In this document: piece after piece, positions 18,595 to 27,023 of the stretch | Layout: every line of letters starts with the position of its first letter | Position numbering within the stretch: the stretch's first letter is position 1 | Assembly (NCBI GenBank): GCA_038858525.1 | Contig: JAWCFL010000012.1 | Coordinates: forward strand, 29,492-61,491 | Reading direction: 5' to 3' | Length of the DNA: 32,000 nucleotides | DNA from: Candidatus Jordarchaeales archaeon | GTDB taxonomy: Archaea > Asgardarchaeota > Jordiarchaeia > Jordiarchaeales > Freyrarchaeaceae | Program-made: the position numbers and the translations under genes | Notes under the pieces: generated by a model | What the model was told of the DNA's origin: nothing | The model's input: the letters and a program-made list of their open reading frames with translations, nothing else | Databases searched by the model: none

Positions 18595-19397
18595 ATTAAG
18601 TCCAGTTTTCTTACTTCCTGCCTTTTCAAGTCGTCGAGCCTCACCATAAATCCCACATTAGCCTTCCTAATATATACTCTGGGTAATCCAACTGATTCGC
18701 CGGCTTTCACCATTTCCTCAAGTGTGGGTCTTCTCATCCTCCTCACTTCGTCCTTCCACGCTAAGTTAGGCTCAAGCTCCTGCAACGTATAGCTTGCCTC
18801 TTCCTTTAGCGCCTTCCCCACATATCCTAGCCTAGCAAGGTTTTCACCAATGTTTTTCATGTGCTCTTCTTTGTCATTGACTGTCGGGATAAGCGTGGTT
18901 CTAACGTCCACGTAGACGTTGCCTGAGAAAAGCGCCTTCAAGGTCTCCCTTAGTCTACTTATGGCTTCCTCCCCCATCTCAACTCCTATAACTCTGCTGT
19001 AGAGGGCGGGGTCATTAAATGCTGCCTTAACGTCCACCGAAACCAAGTCAACTTGCCCCAAAAGCCTCTTTACAACATCTGGAAAGTAACCGTTGGTGTC
19101 GAACCCGAAAAGTAACCCGTGATCCCTGCAGAACTCGGAAAGCTTAAGCAGGAACTCAGGGTAAAGAGTAGGCTCGCCTCCAGAAACCTTAACCGCGTCC
19201 ACGGCGCCCAGCGCCACCCTAATCTTCGAGAGGAACTCGTCGAACTCTTTCTCATGCTCGGGCTTAGCTTCGAGTATCCGCCAATTCTGACACATCGGAC
19301 ACTGGAAGGGACACCCTGGAACGAAAATCACTAAGGCCGGGCTACCCGGGTAGTCCATGAAGCTCAGCTCGGCGACTCCTGCAACCATAATTCTCAT
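18591..19397 (-). CDS. Radical SAM activating-enzyme family protein (NrdG-like)
   Basis: GCPFQCPMCQN, SGGEPT, DTNG, VRTT. Start uncertain (19442, 19397 or 19388). Confidence 0.8.
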   Translation of the reverse strand: MRIMVAGVAELSFMDYPGSPALVIFVPGCPFQCPMCQNWRILEAKPEHEKEFDEFLSKIRVALGAVDAVKVSGGEPTLYPEFLLKLSEFCRDHGLLFGFDTNGYFPDVVKRLLGQVDLVSVDVKAAFNDPALYSRVIGVEMGEEAISRLRETLKALFSGNVYVDVRTTLIPTVNDKEEHMKNIGENLARLGYVGKALKEEASYTLQELEPNLAWKDEVRRMRRPTLEEMVKAGESVGLPRVYIRKANVGFMVRLDDLKRQEVRKLDLI

Positions 19398-19507
19398 CAA
19401 AAACACCGAATTTATTTTTAGTTCAAAATCTTTGAAGGACACTTTTAAATATTAGTGTCTCCCTTGAGTATGCAATGTTTAAAATTTAAAAAGAGGAGGG
19501 AAGGTTT

Positions 19508-19927
19508 TTGAGCACGAAGAAGCCATTCATAACGGAGTTTGTCCTCGTTGGGAAAAATAACTCCATTAATCTTCCTTCAAGCGTGGCGTCCTCCCTTAAA
19601 ATCAAGGAGGGAACCCGCCTCCTAATCGTGGCGGACGTTAGCAAGATGAACTTTGTGGCTTACCCCATAATTAAAGAGGAGCGAATGCTAGCTGAAGTAA
19701 AAGTAAGAATGCTAGATAAGCCCGGAGCTCTAGGTGAAATAGCCACTGAGCTTGGAAAAATGAGCATAAATATACAAACAACAGTAATTCCCCCGGGTAC
19801 TACGGGTATAGCTGACGCCTACTTCATAGTGGATTGCACGGGGAGTAAGATTTCCTTATCCGAGGTCGAAGAAAGACTAAAAAGGCTCAGTAGTGCCGTT
19901 GAGGTCAAGGTTAACCCTCTAGAGTGA
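19508..19927 (+). CDS. AbrB/SpoVT-like domain plus ACT domain protein
   Basis: INLPSSVASSLKIKEG (AbrB-like) and DKPGALGEIATELGKMSINI (ACT). Confidence 0.65.
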   Translation: MSTKKPFITEFVLVGKNNSINLPSSVASSLKIKEGTRLLIVADVSKMNFVAYPIIKEERMLAEVKVRMLDKPGALGEIATELGKMSINIQTTVIPPGTTGIADAYFIVDCTGSKISLSEVEERLKRLSSAVEVKVNPLE

Positions 19928-19933
19928 CCAAGA

Positions 19934-20575
19934 ATGGAGTCAACTCTCGTAATTTTGAAGCCTGACGCGACCATAAGAAGCTTCGTCGGGGCGTACACCA
20001 TCAAAGCGATACTGGATCAAGGATACAAAATAACTGCCTTCAAATTGGTTCAAGTAACGGATAAGCTCGCGGAAAAACACTATGAAGAGCACGCAGGAAA
20101 ACCCTTCTTCAACTGGCTTATAGCATACATTAAAGCCGCCCCGGTCGTGGCGTTAAGAGTGGAGGGCGAAAATGTAATACAGGGAGTGAGACGCCTGCTC
20201 GGAGCAACATTAGCTCAGAAAGCAGATCCGGAGACAATTAGGGGAAAATATGGAATATGGGGCGGCATAAATGTGGCGCACGCCTCAGACTCCCCTGCAA
20301 CCGCAGAGAGAGAGCTTACCCTCTGGTCAACAAAGGCAGGCTTGAAGAAAAACGGGCAGGAAAAAGCGGAGGAATACGCTGGGCTCCAGTGCTTCACGAA
20401 GGACAACACGAAAAAACTCAGAGAAGTATGCAAAAACCTCACAGAAAGAAAAAACAACGTCGAAGATGCACGAGAGTTAATAAAAAGGCTTCTAACCGAA
20501 GAAAATCCCAGCGCCCCCCCTCACTACATATCTAACCTTACCGAAGTAATAATTCAGAACTGCCTGTTATCATAA
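19934..20575 (+). CDS. ndk: Nucleoside diphosphate kinase with a C-terminal extension
   Basis: TLVILKPD, HYEEHAGKPFF, TIRG, NVAHASDS (catalytic His). Confidence 0.92.
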   Translation: MESTLVILKPDATIRSFVGAYTIKAILDQGYKITAFKLVQVTDKLAEKHYEEHAGKPFFNWLIAYIKAAPVVALRVEGENVIQGVRRLLGATLAQKADPETIRGKYGIWGGINVAHASDSPATAERELTLWSTKAGLKKNGQEKAEEYAGLQCFTKDNTKKLREVCKNLTERKNNVEDARELIKRLLTEENPSAPPHYISNLTEVIIQNCLLS

Positions 20576-20583
20576 ATAAAAAA

Positions 20584-20784
20584 TTATCCTCCTTTCTTTT
20601 CGTAAAGTTTAGTCCACTTAAGCTTCCTCGGCTTTCTGCCCAGCTTGAGCGCATTCTTGCGGCATTTGCTAGAGCAGAACCGTAGTACGGCTCCGTCGCG
20701 TCTCACGTAGCTGATGCCCGTACCAGGGTTGATCTCTTCACCACAGAATGAACATGAGTATTTCTTCAACTCAATCACCACCAC
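20584..20784 (-). CDS. rpl24e: 50S ribosomal protein L24e
   Basis: CSFCG..PGTG..FCSSKC..PRKLKWT. Confidence 0.96.
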   Translation of the reverse strand: MVVIELKKYSCSFCGEEINPGTGISYVRRDGAVLRFCSSKCRKNALKLGRKPRKLKWTKLYEKKGG

Positions 20785-20816
20785 TACGAAAAAACCCTGA
20801 AACTTAAATTTTTCCC

Positions 20817-21353
20817 CTAAGAAGTCTGCACACTTCGCTTAGTAATGATCATTCTGGCTAGGTCGGCGAACGCCTCATTAACGTTCATACCTGTCTTAGC
20901 GCTAGTTTCGAAGTATAGCAAATTGTGCTTAATGGCGAACTCTAGCGCATCCTCAAGGGGAACGCTTCGAGGCAAGTCATGCTTGTTCCCGATTAAAATC
21001 AGCGGGATGTCGCCGCAATGCGACCTAACCTCCTCAATCCAGAATGGTAGTCTCTTAAAGCTCTCCACCTTAGTCACATCATAAACACAGAGGCCCCCAA
21101 CAGACCCCCGATAGTATAGCGGTCTAATGTGGCTGAACCTGTCCTGCCCCGACTGGTCCCAAACCTGAAACTTAACGTTTTTCCTCCCAAGAGGCGTGTC
21201 AACTTCAATGTTCTTCACAGCAAAATCTACTCCAACAGTCATCTTGTAGCTTTCCGAAAAAACACCCTCACTAAAACGTCTCGTTATAGAAGTCTTCCCG
21301 ACGCCTCCATCCCCAACTATCACCACCTTAAACAAGTAGGCATACTCCGCCAT
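20817..21353 (-). CDS. Rab-like small GTPase (Ras superfamily)
   Basis: G1 GDGGVGKT, G2 TVGVDF, G3 WDQSGQ, G4 NKHD, G5 ETSAK. Confidence 0.93.
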   Translation of the reverse strand: MAEYAYLFKVVIVGDGGVGKTSITRRFSEGVFSESYKMTVGVDFAVKNIEVDTPLGRKNVKFQVWDQSGQDRFSHIRPLYYRGSVGGLCVYDVTKVESFKRLPFWIEEVRSHCGDIPLILIGNKHDLPRSVPLEDALEFAIKHNLLYFETSAKTGMNVNEAFADLARMIITKRSVQTS

Positions 21354-21489
21354 AAGACTTCTCCCTCTTTATAAGCATCATTCAACAGCTTCACGCATCA
21401 CCAACCGCTTCAACATTCACATTAAATAAAGTTCAGACTCACCTATTATTAAAAATTTTTTATTTGCCATCTGCGCGCATCTCTTAGAG

Positions 21490-22170
21490 CTATTTCCTCT
21501 CTAGGATTTTACCCTGCCCTATGTACGCTATTTTCGCCATTTCGACGAAAAGCCCGTTTTCAACTACACCAGGTATGCTGTTTATTTTTTCTTCCAGCAT
21601 TTTAGGCTGATCTATGCGGGGAAACTTCGCATCCAGTATGAAGTTCCCGTTATCGGTCACAACAGGTCCAACTTTCCCGCTCCCACAACGTAACTCAACC
21701 TTGGATCCAAGCTTCATCAACTTCTCTGCGACGGTTCTCCAAGCCATAGGTATAACTTCAACCGGAACAGGTGTTTTGACGCCGAGGACATCCACAAGCT
21801 TCGAGCTGTCAGCTATAACCACCATCTCCTTAGAAGAAGACGCCACTATCTTCTCTTGCGTCAGCGCCCCTCCCATTCCCTTAACTAAGTTCAGGTTTGG
21901 GTCTATCTCGTCTGCTCCATCCACAGCCAAATCCAAAGTGGGATGCTCTAAGAGAGACGTCAAGGGTATTCCGTAGTTCGCCAACAAGATCGCCGACTGA
22001 TAAGACGTCGGGACACAGACTACCTCTACTCCCTCGTTTCTCATTAGGGAAGCCAAAGCCTCTATGAACACTGCGACAGTCGACCCTGAACCAACACCCA
22101 AAACCATGCCGTCCTTAACGTGCTTAACAGCAGCAAGCGCCGCAGCCCTCTTCTCTTCCTCCCGCTCCAT
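21490..22170 (-). CDS. rpiA: Ribose-5-phosphate isomerase A
   Basis: GVGSGST, DGADE, KGMGGA, TDNGN; ATG 22170 follows GGAGGT. Confidence 0.95.
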   Translation of the reverse strand: MEREEEKRAAALAAVKHVKDGMVLGVGSGSTVAVFIEALASLMRNEGVEVVCVPTSYQSAILLANYGIPLTSLLEHPTLDLAVDGADEIDPNLNLVKGMGGALTQEKIVASSSKEMVVIADSSKLVDVLGVKTPVPVEVIPMAWRTVAEKLMKLGSKVELRCGSGKVGPVVTDNGNFILDAKFPRIDQPKMLEEKINSIPGVVENGLFVEMAKIAYIGQGKILERK

Positions 22171-22336
22171 TAAAACCTCCTCCACGAGAGCCTCCTAACG
22201 ATGACCCCAAAATAAATTTGTCGTAGTTTTCCACTAAACCCCCCAGCAACCAACTCTTTACCCAGCCAATTTCCTCTTTAAGGGGGGAGCTCCACGCTAA
22301 GTTAAAGTAAGGAAGACGGATGGAAAAATTGAATTG

Positions 22337-22430
22337 TGGAGCCCCGGCCGGGCTTTGAACCCGGGGCCTTCTCATTACCAGTGAGACGCTCTAACCAGGC
22401 TGAGCTTTCCCGCTAATGAGGCACCGGGGC
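22337..22430 (-). tRNA. tRNA-Thr(GGT) with a 16-nt intron at 8/9 (22407-22422); CCA encoded
   Basis: Spliced: GCCCCGG TA GCTC AGCCTGGTTA GAGC G TCTCA CTGGTAA TGAGA AGGCC CCGGG TTCAAAG CCCGG CCGGGGC T CCA. Confidence 0.9.
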
Positions 22431-22567
22431 AACTTCCGGGGCTTCAATCCTTAAGAAAAAAGGATTCGGTATAAAAACGTTTTCTGGTAAGTTGCGAAGT
22501 TATGGATAGCTATGCTTCTTCCGTACGACAAGTTGTCGTTTGGTTTTTAGATGCGTAGTTTCTGGTT

Positions 22568-24310
22568 TTATGTTTGAGGTTGCTGTTTGGCTTGCGAGAA
22601 CAAGTCCAGTATTGTTAAGGCGATTATCTTGGCGGCTTCCAGTATCTCCTTTATTGATACTTTCTCGTTTGGTTTGTGTTTTTGCTCTCCTTCCCCTGGC
22701 CCGAAAGAAGCTGCCGGGATCCCGTTCAGTATGCAAACCTTCGTCATTGTGACTTCCCTTTCGCCTACGAGCTTAGCATCTTCTCCGGTTATCTCTTTCA
22801 CGTTTTTCTTTAACGTCTGTATCAAGGGGTGGTTTTGGGGGATTTCCGTTGGCGGCTCTGAAAGGATTATGTCGAGCGATATTTCGACTCCTTTAATCTC
22901 TTCCTCCGTTTTTCTTACGACTTCTGTTAGACGGGAAATTATTTCTTCTTCTTTTATAGCTGGAGTATACCTTATATCTATCGCGGCTTCAGCCTTATCA
23001 GGCACGATGTTTACTCCTATGCCACCCTGAATTGTTCCTATATTCATGGTCACTTCTCCCATGAGAGGGTGAGGTGGTACGTCGAACTTGACCTCGGATA
23101 TTCTCCCTAGGAGCCTTACTAATGCCTGTACCGCGTTTGCTCCTTCCTGCGGTGTGGACGCATGTGCGGAGCGCCCTCTACAGGTGACCTTAAGCCAGAG
23201 CAAGCCTCTCTCCGCGACGCATATATCTTTGCTTCTCGTGTTTCCTCCAATTATAGCGTAGTCCGCATTTATTTTTCGCTCCCTCAATAAGCTTTTTATT
23301 CCGAGTTCTCCGGCTACTTCCTCGTCAGCTGTTGCCACAAGCAGCACGGTACCGTCAAGTTGCAGGTTTAGCTTTTTGATTGCGTGTAGTGCAAGTAGCA
23401 TAGAGGTTAGAGGCCCTTTGGCATCTACGCTTCCTCTTCCTATTACGTAGCCATCTTTCACCGTTGCTCTGAAGGGCGGATACATCCACCCGTCTCCCGG
23501 CGTAACGACGTCGAGGTGAGCTGCCAGCATAATCTTGGGCTCTCCTTCCCCAAGCCTTCCTATAACGTTGGTTCGCCCCTCCTTTTTCTCGTAAATTTCT
23601 GTTTGGGCTCCTATCCTGTAAAGCTCCCCTAACACTATTTCGGCCGCGCTTTGCTCGTATCCCGGGGGGTTTACTGACTGAGCGGATATGAGGTCTCTTA
23701 GCAAGTTGACTGCGTAGTTCTCGCCTTCGTCTATGATTTCTGTAAGGCGCTTTCTCATTTCTGGCGTCAATTTTAATGGGGTTACCTTCGCTTTTTCTTC
23801 CTTGATCCCTAGGATGAGCTTAGCTGCGGCTGTGAATGCTTCATCCACCATGTATCTCGTCTTTGCACTCGTCTCAAAGTAGAGCGCGCCCAGCTTTCTA
23901 GCCATTTGCTCTGCTTCGTACCTTGGGACTCTCCGCTCACTGACTAAGTCATGCTTATTCCCCACTAAGATTATCGGTATCTTGCCGCATGTGCTTGTGA
24001 GCTCATTATACCATTTTTCGACGTTCTCAAAACTCCTCATGTTTGTTAAGTCGAAGACTATTACTCCCCCCCTCGCTTCAGTGTAAAAAAACGAGCGCAG
24101 GTGGGCGAAGCTTGGCTGACCCCCTAGATCCCAGAGCTGTAACGTGACTATTTTTCCGTCCAGATCGGTTTTGTAAGAAGCAAAATCAGCTCCTAAAGTT
24201 GGACGGTAATCTGTTGGAAATCTGTTTTCCGTAAGCACTAAGATAAGGCTTGTTTTTCCAACATTACCGTCCCCAATAACGACAATCTTGAAAACGTACT
24301 CTTCCTGCAT
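22568..24310 (-). CDS. Fusion of an N-terminal Rab-like GTPase and a C-terminal M20 family (ArgE/DapE-like) metallo-deacylase
   Basis: GDGNVGKT/WDLGGQ/NKHD/ETSAK followed in frame by HLDVV, GRGSVDAKG, ADEE, GRSAHAS, GPG..HKPNE. Confidence 0.88.
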   Translation of the reverse strand: MQEEYVFKIVVIGDGNVGKTSLILVLTENRFPTDYRPTLGADFASYKTDLDGKIVTLQLWDLGGQPSFAHLRSFFYTEARGGVIVFDLTNMRSFENVEKWYNELTSTCGKIPIILVGNKHDLVSERRVPRYEAEQMARKLGALYFETSAKTRYMVDEAFTAAAKLILGIKEEKAKVTPLKLTPEMRKRLTEIIDEGENYAVNLLRDLISAQSVNPPGYEQSAAEIVLGELYRIGAQTEIYEKKEGRTNVIGRLGEGEPKIMLAAHLDVVTPGDGWMYPPFRATVKDGYVIGRGSVDAKGPLTSMLLALHAIKKLNLQLDGTVLLVATADEEVAGELGIKSLLRERKINADYAIIGGNTRSKDICVAERGLLWLKVTCRGRSAHASTPQEGANAVQALVRLLGRISEVKFDVPPHPLMGEVTMNIGTIQGGIGVNIVPDKAEAAIDIRYTPAIKEEEIISRLTEVVRKTEEEIKGVEISLDIILSEPPTEIPQNHPLIQTLKKNVKEITGEDAKLVGEREVTMTKVCILNGIPAASFGPGEGEQKHKPNEKVSIKEILEAAKIIALTILDLFSQAKQQPQT

Positions 24311-24452
24311 ATCTCTTTCACCTATCCAAAAATCAACGAATATTTTTTGTAGAAGAAAATACCTAATAAAAAGATTAGATTCGAACGTTATAAAGTTTAG
24401 GAGTTAATCTCCGTAGAATGTTTTTCCGCCCTAAACTAGTCTTCACAGCTCT

Positions 24453-24875
24453 CTAGGCGAACGTGCTACATTTTGGCAACAAGTATATTTTTAGGCCGTC
24501 GTGCTCCATGATTCTTTTCCATTTTTTCGAGAGTCTAACCAGTTGAAGGGTTTCAGGGTACCCCGCTCTCTCACCGACTTCCTTTTCGGTGAACCAATCC
24601 GCCTTCAAGGAGCCATCCCCCCTTCTACTTTTCACTTTCCCTCTAAAGGAGAATACTACAGGCGCCGTCGGGTCATCCACCTGCTGATAGATGCACACAA
24701 CCCCCTGCACTTCTACGTCGTAACCTGTTTCCTCTCTCACCTCTCGCCTCGCCGCCTCAACAAGATCCTCCCCCATCCTAACCTTTCCTCCAGGAAGCGC
24801 CCAGAAACCATCTCTCTCCTCTACGAGAAGATATTTCCCCTCCTCCTCCACTACGACAATCGCCACCAGGCTCAT
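24453..24875 (-). CDS. NUDIX hydrolase
   Basis: Nudix box GGKVRMGEDLVEAARREVREETG. Confidence 0.9.
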   Translation of the reverse strand: MSLVAIVVVEEEGKYLLVEERDGFWALPGGKVRMGEDLVEAARREVREETGYDVEVQGVVCIYQQVDDPTAPVVFSFRGKVKSRRGDGSLKADWFTEKEVGERAGYPETLQLVRLSKKWKRIMEHDGLKIYLLPKCSTFA

Positions 24876-24979
24876 ATTTTAACGACCTCCTCTGCATCCT
24901 TCCTCGAAGCACAACAATATTTATTAGACGTTATTATGTCATCCGCTAAAGGGTTACTCTGATCAGCGGAGGATGAGGG

Positions 24980-25951
24980 TTGTTTGACGTCGTGGTGATT
25001 GGAGCGGGTCCCGCTGGGCTTGCGGCTGCAGCCTTCACGGCTAGAAGGAAACTTAAGACGCTAGTGCTCGAGGCTGCTCCAACGGCTGGAGGGAAACCCG
25101 TCCTTCTCTACGCGGATAAAATGGTGGACGACTTTATCGGATTCCCCGAAGGAATGACAGGGCTCGAGATAGGAAAAGCCCTCGAACGCCACGCCAAAAA
25201 GTTTGGAGCGGAGGTTAAGTGTAATTCAAGAGTGGTGGACATCAGCAGGACTAAAGAAGGATTGTTCGTGGTGAGAGACGAGAGAGGAGAAAAGTATCAG
25301 TCTAAGGCGGTCATAATAACGTTCGGCGTCCAGCCCCTCACTCACGTGGGGGTAAAGGGGGAAGACAAGTTTAAAGGAAGGGGAGTAAGATACCTGCTGG
25401 AGGACGCCTCTGATGTTAAGGGAAAGAGGGTCGTTGTAGTGGGTGGAGGAGAAACCGCAGTCGAGTCCGCTCTTAGAGCCAGCGAGGTCGCCGCCTCGGT
25501 TGTGCTTGTTCACAGGCGTGGGATGCTGAGAGCTGACGAGTCCACTGTAGACCAGTTAGCAGGTAGAGTCGAGGTCCTTTACAACTCCATAGTGGAAGAA
25601 GTAAGAGGAGACGAATGGGTGAAAGAGGTTGTGATATTAAACCGTAGTACAGGAGAGAGACGCACCATAAGGACTGATGAAGTTATTTTCTGCGTAGGGC
25701 AAACACCTGAAACAGACCTATTGACAAGCTTAGGCGTGCAACTCTCGGAGAAAGGCGAAATCATAGTAAATAGAAGGCAGGAAACCAATATCCCCGGAGT
25801 ATTTGCGGCAGGAGACGTAACAGGAGGAGCTATGCGCATTTCAGCCGCCATAGGCGAAGGAGTTGTAGCCGCCCTAAGCGCTTACAACTACATAAAAAAG
25901 CCTTACTGGAGCGGTGAGTGGAATCACACTAGCTTCAACACCTCTCAATAA
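24980..25951 (+). CDS. TrxB-fold FAD/NADPH oxidoreductase without CxxC (YumC-type ferredoxin-NADP reductase-like)
   Basis: GAGPAG, GGGETA, HRR, FAAGD. GRGVRYLLED replaces GVSYCxxC; LYADKMVDDFIGF resembles the YumC LYPEK motif. Confidence 0.75.
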   Translation: MFDVVVIGAGPAGLAAAAFTARRKLKTLVLEAAPTAGGKPVLLYADKMVDDFIGFPEGMTGLEIGKALERHAKKFGAEVKCNSRVVDISRTKEGLFVVRDERGEKYQSKAVIITFGVQPLTHVGVKGEDKFKGRGVRYLLEDASDVKGKRVVVVGGGETAVESALRASEVAASVVLVHRRGMLRADESTVDQLAGRVEVLYNSIVEEVRGDEWVKEVVILNRSTGERRTIRTDEVIFCVGQTPETDLLTSLGVQLSEKGEIIVNRRQETNIPGVFAAGDVTGGAMRISAAIGEGVVAALSAYNYIKKPYWSGEWNHTSFNTSQ

Positions 25952-26077
25952 ATAGTCAACATGACTCTTTTTAGGCTTTATGCCCCCTTAAAACAACAAT
26001 CTAAACGAATGTTAAGTGTTCCTGGCTTCGTGCTGTGAAATAAAAAAGCATCGCCTTGTAACCTACCGGTTAATTAG

Positions 26078-26186
26078 TGCGGGGGGTGGGATTCGAACCC
26101 ACGAACCCCTACGGGACCGGATCTTAAGTCCGGCGCCTTTAGTTTCTGACCCCATTGATTATTTTAACCAGCTCGGCAACCCCCGC
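26078..26186 (-). tRNA. tRNA-Leu(TAA) with a 25-nt D-loop intron at 21/22 (26139-26163); CCA not encoded
   Basis: Acceptor stem GCGGGGG/CCCCCGC, anticodon arm CCGGA CTTAAGA TCCGG, long variable arm, GGTT/AACT BHB core. Confidence 0.92.
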
Positions 26187-26615
26187 GCACCACCACACAA
26201 AGATCACCCGGAGAACGAATATAATGTTAACGCAAGCCAAGCTTTTCCTTTGCGGCTTCCGAGCAGGTTAACCTTACCTTTTTGGTTTCCCTCGGTATGC
26301 TGACAGTCCACATGCTGGGATTTGCCTTTGAGAGTGGTGTGGAAAAGGCGGTCTCAGCGCTCAACGAGCCATCTGTCTCCGGTGATGATCGAAGGCGTAG
26401 ACTATCGATAAAATTCCACAAATTGTGTTTTGCTCCTTTTTTTATTACCGTGCACGATTAGCCCTTAAAAAAGAAGCTTAACCCCCCTTTTACATCATTT
26501 TCTTTGAAACTTCAAGGCTTGAGTTGAGGGAGGATAGAGAGACATGTTGGACGTTGAATTCTTAACTTTTGAGTCCCGCCATTCGGGCAGAAGAGCTATG
26601 CGGGTCACCTCTGGT

Positions 26616-27023
26616 TCACTTGTCTGGCTTCCAGACGAATAGGGTGAGCTTGTCTGAGACGTCGATGAAATCTATCTTCATGGGCATATCCATTTTTAGT
26701 TCTTCGTGTTTCGCTTCAATTCGGGAAATCATTCTGCCTATACCCTCGGCTAGGTCTATGATGCCGAGTATGTATGGCTTGGGGGCTAAATAGTGGACTT
26801 CAGTCCAGCTGTGAAGTTTTCCTTTGCCGCTGAGCTCAACCCAACCGACGTCTTCAGAGAAACATTTCGGGCAAAATCCTCTGGGTGGGAAGAATTTCTC
26901 ACCGCAGTCGTTACATTTTGATGCTAGAAGCTTCCTGTTTTTTAGTCCCTCCCAAAACCTGGAGGTTAAACCCGTAATTTTTGGTTGTAAGTAAACTATT
27001 TCGGGCCGGGACAACTTAGTCAC
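26616..27023 (-). CDS. DUF35 zinc-ribbon/OB-fold protein (thiolase partner)
   Basis: CNDCG..PPRGFCPKC, GKLHSWT; overlaps the thiolase stop. Confidence 0.9.
   Translation of the reverse strand: MTKLSRPEIVYLQPKITGLTSRFWEGLKNRKLLASKCNDCGEKFFPPRGFCPKCFSEDVGWVELSGKGKLHSWTEVHYLAPKPYILGIIDLAEGIGRMISRIEAKHEELKMDMPMKIDFIDVSDKLTLFVWKPDK

Noticed and set aside
552-23030. Long antisense or alternate-frame ORFs in the track (e.g. 552-914, 1220-1624, 7125-7697, 12831-13580, 15654-16160, 16320-17138, 22587-23030)
   Set aside because: They are shadows of well-supported genes on the other strand or frame, Ser/Thr-rich and without motifs.
26290-26460. GTGATGA C-box-like motif and a short ORF between tRNA-Leu and DUF35
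   Set aside because: No downstream CTGA D box and no recognisable protein motif.
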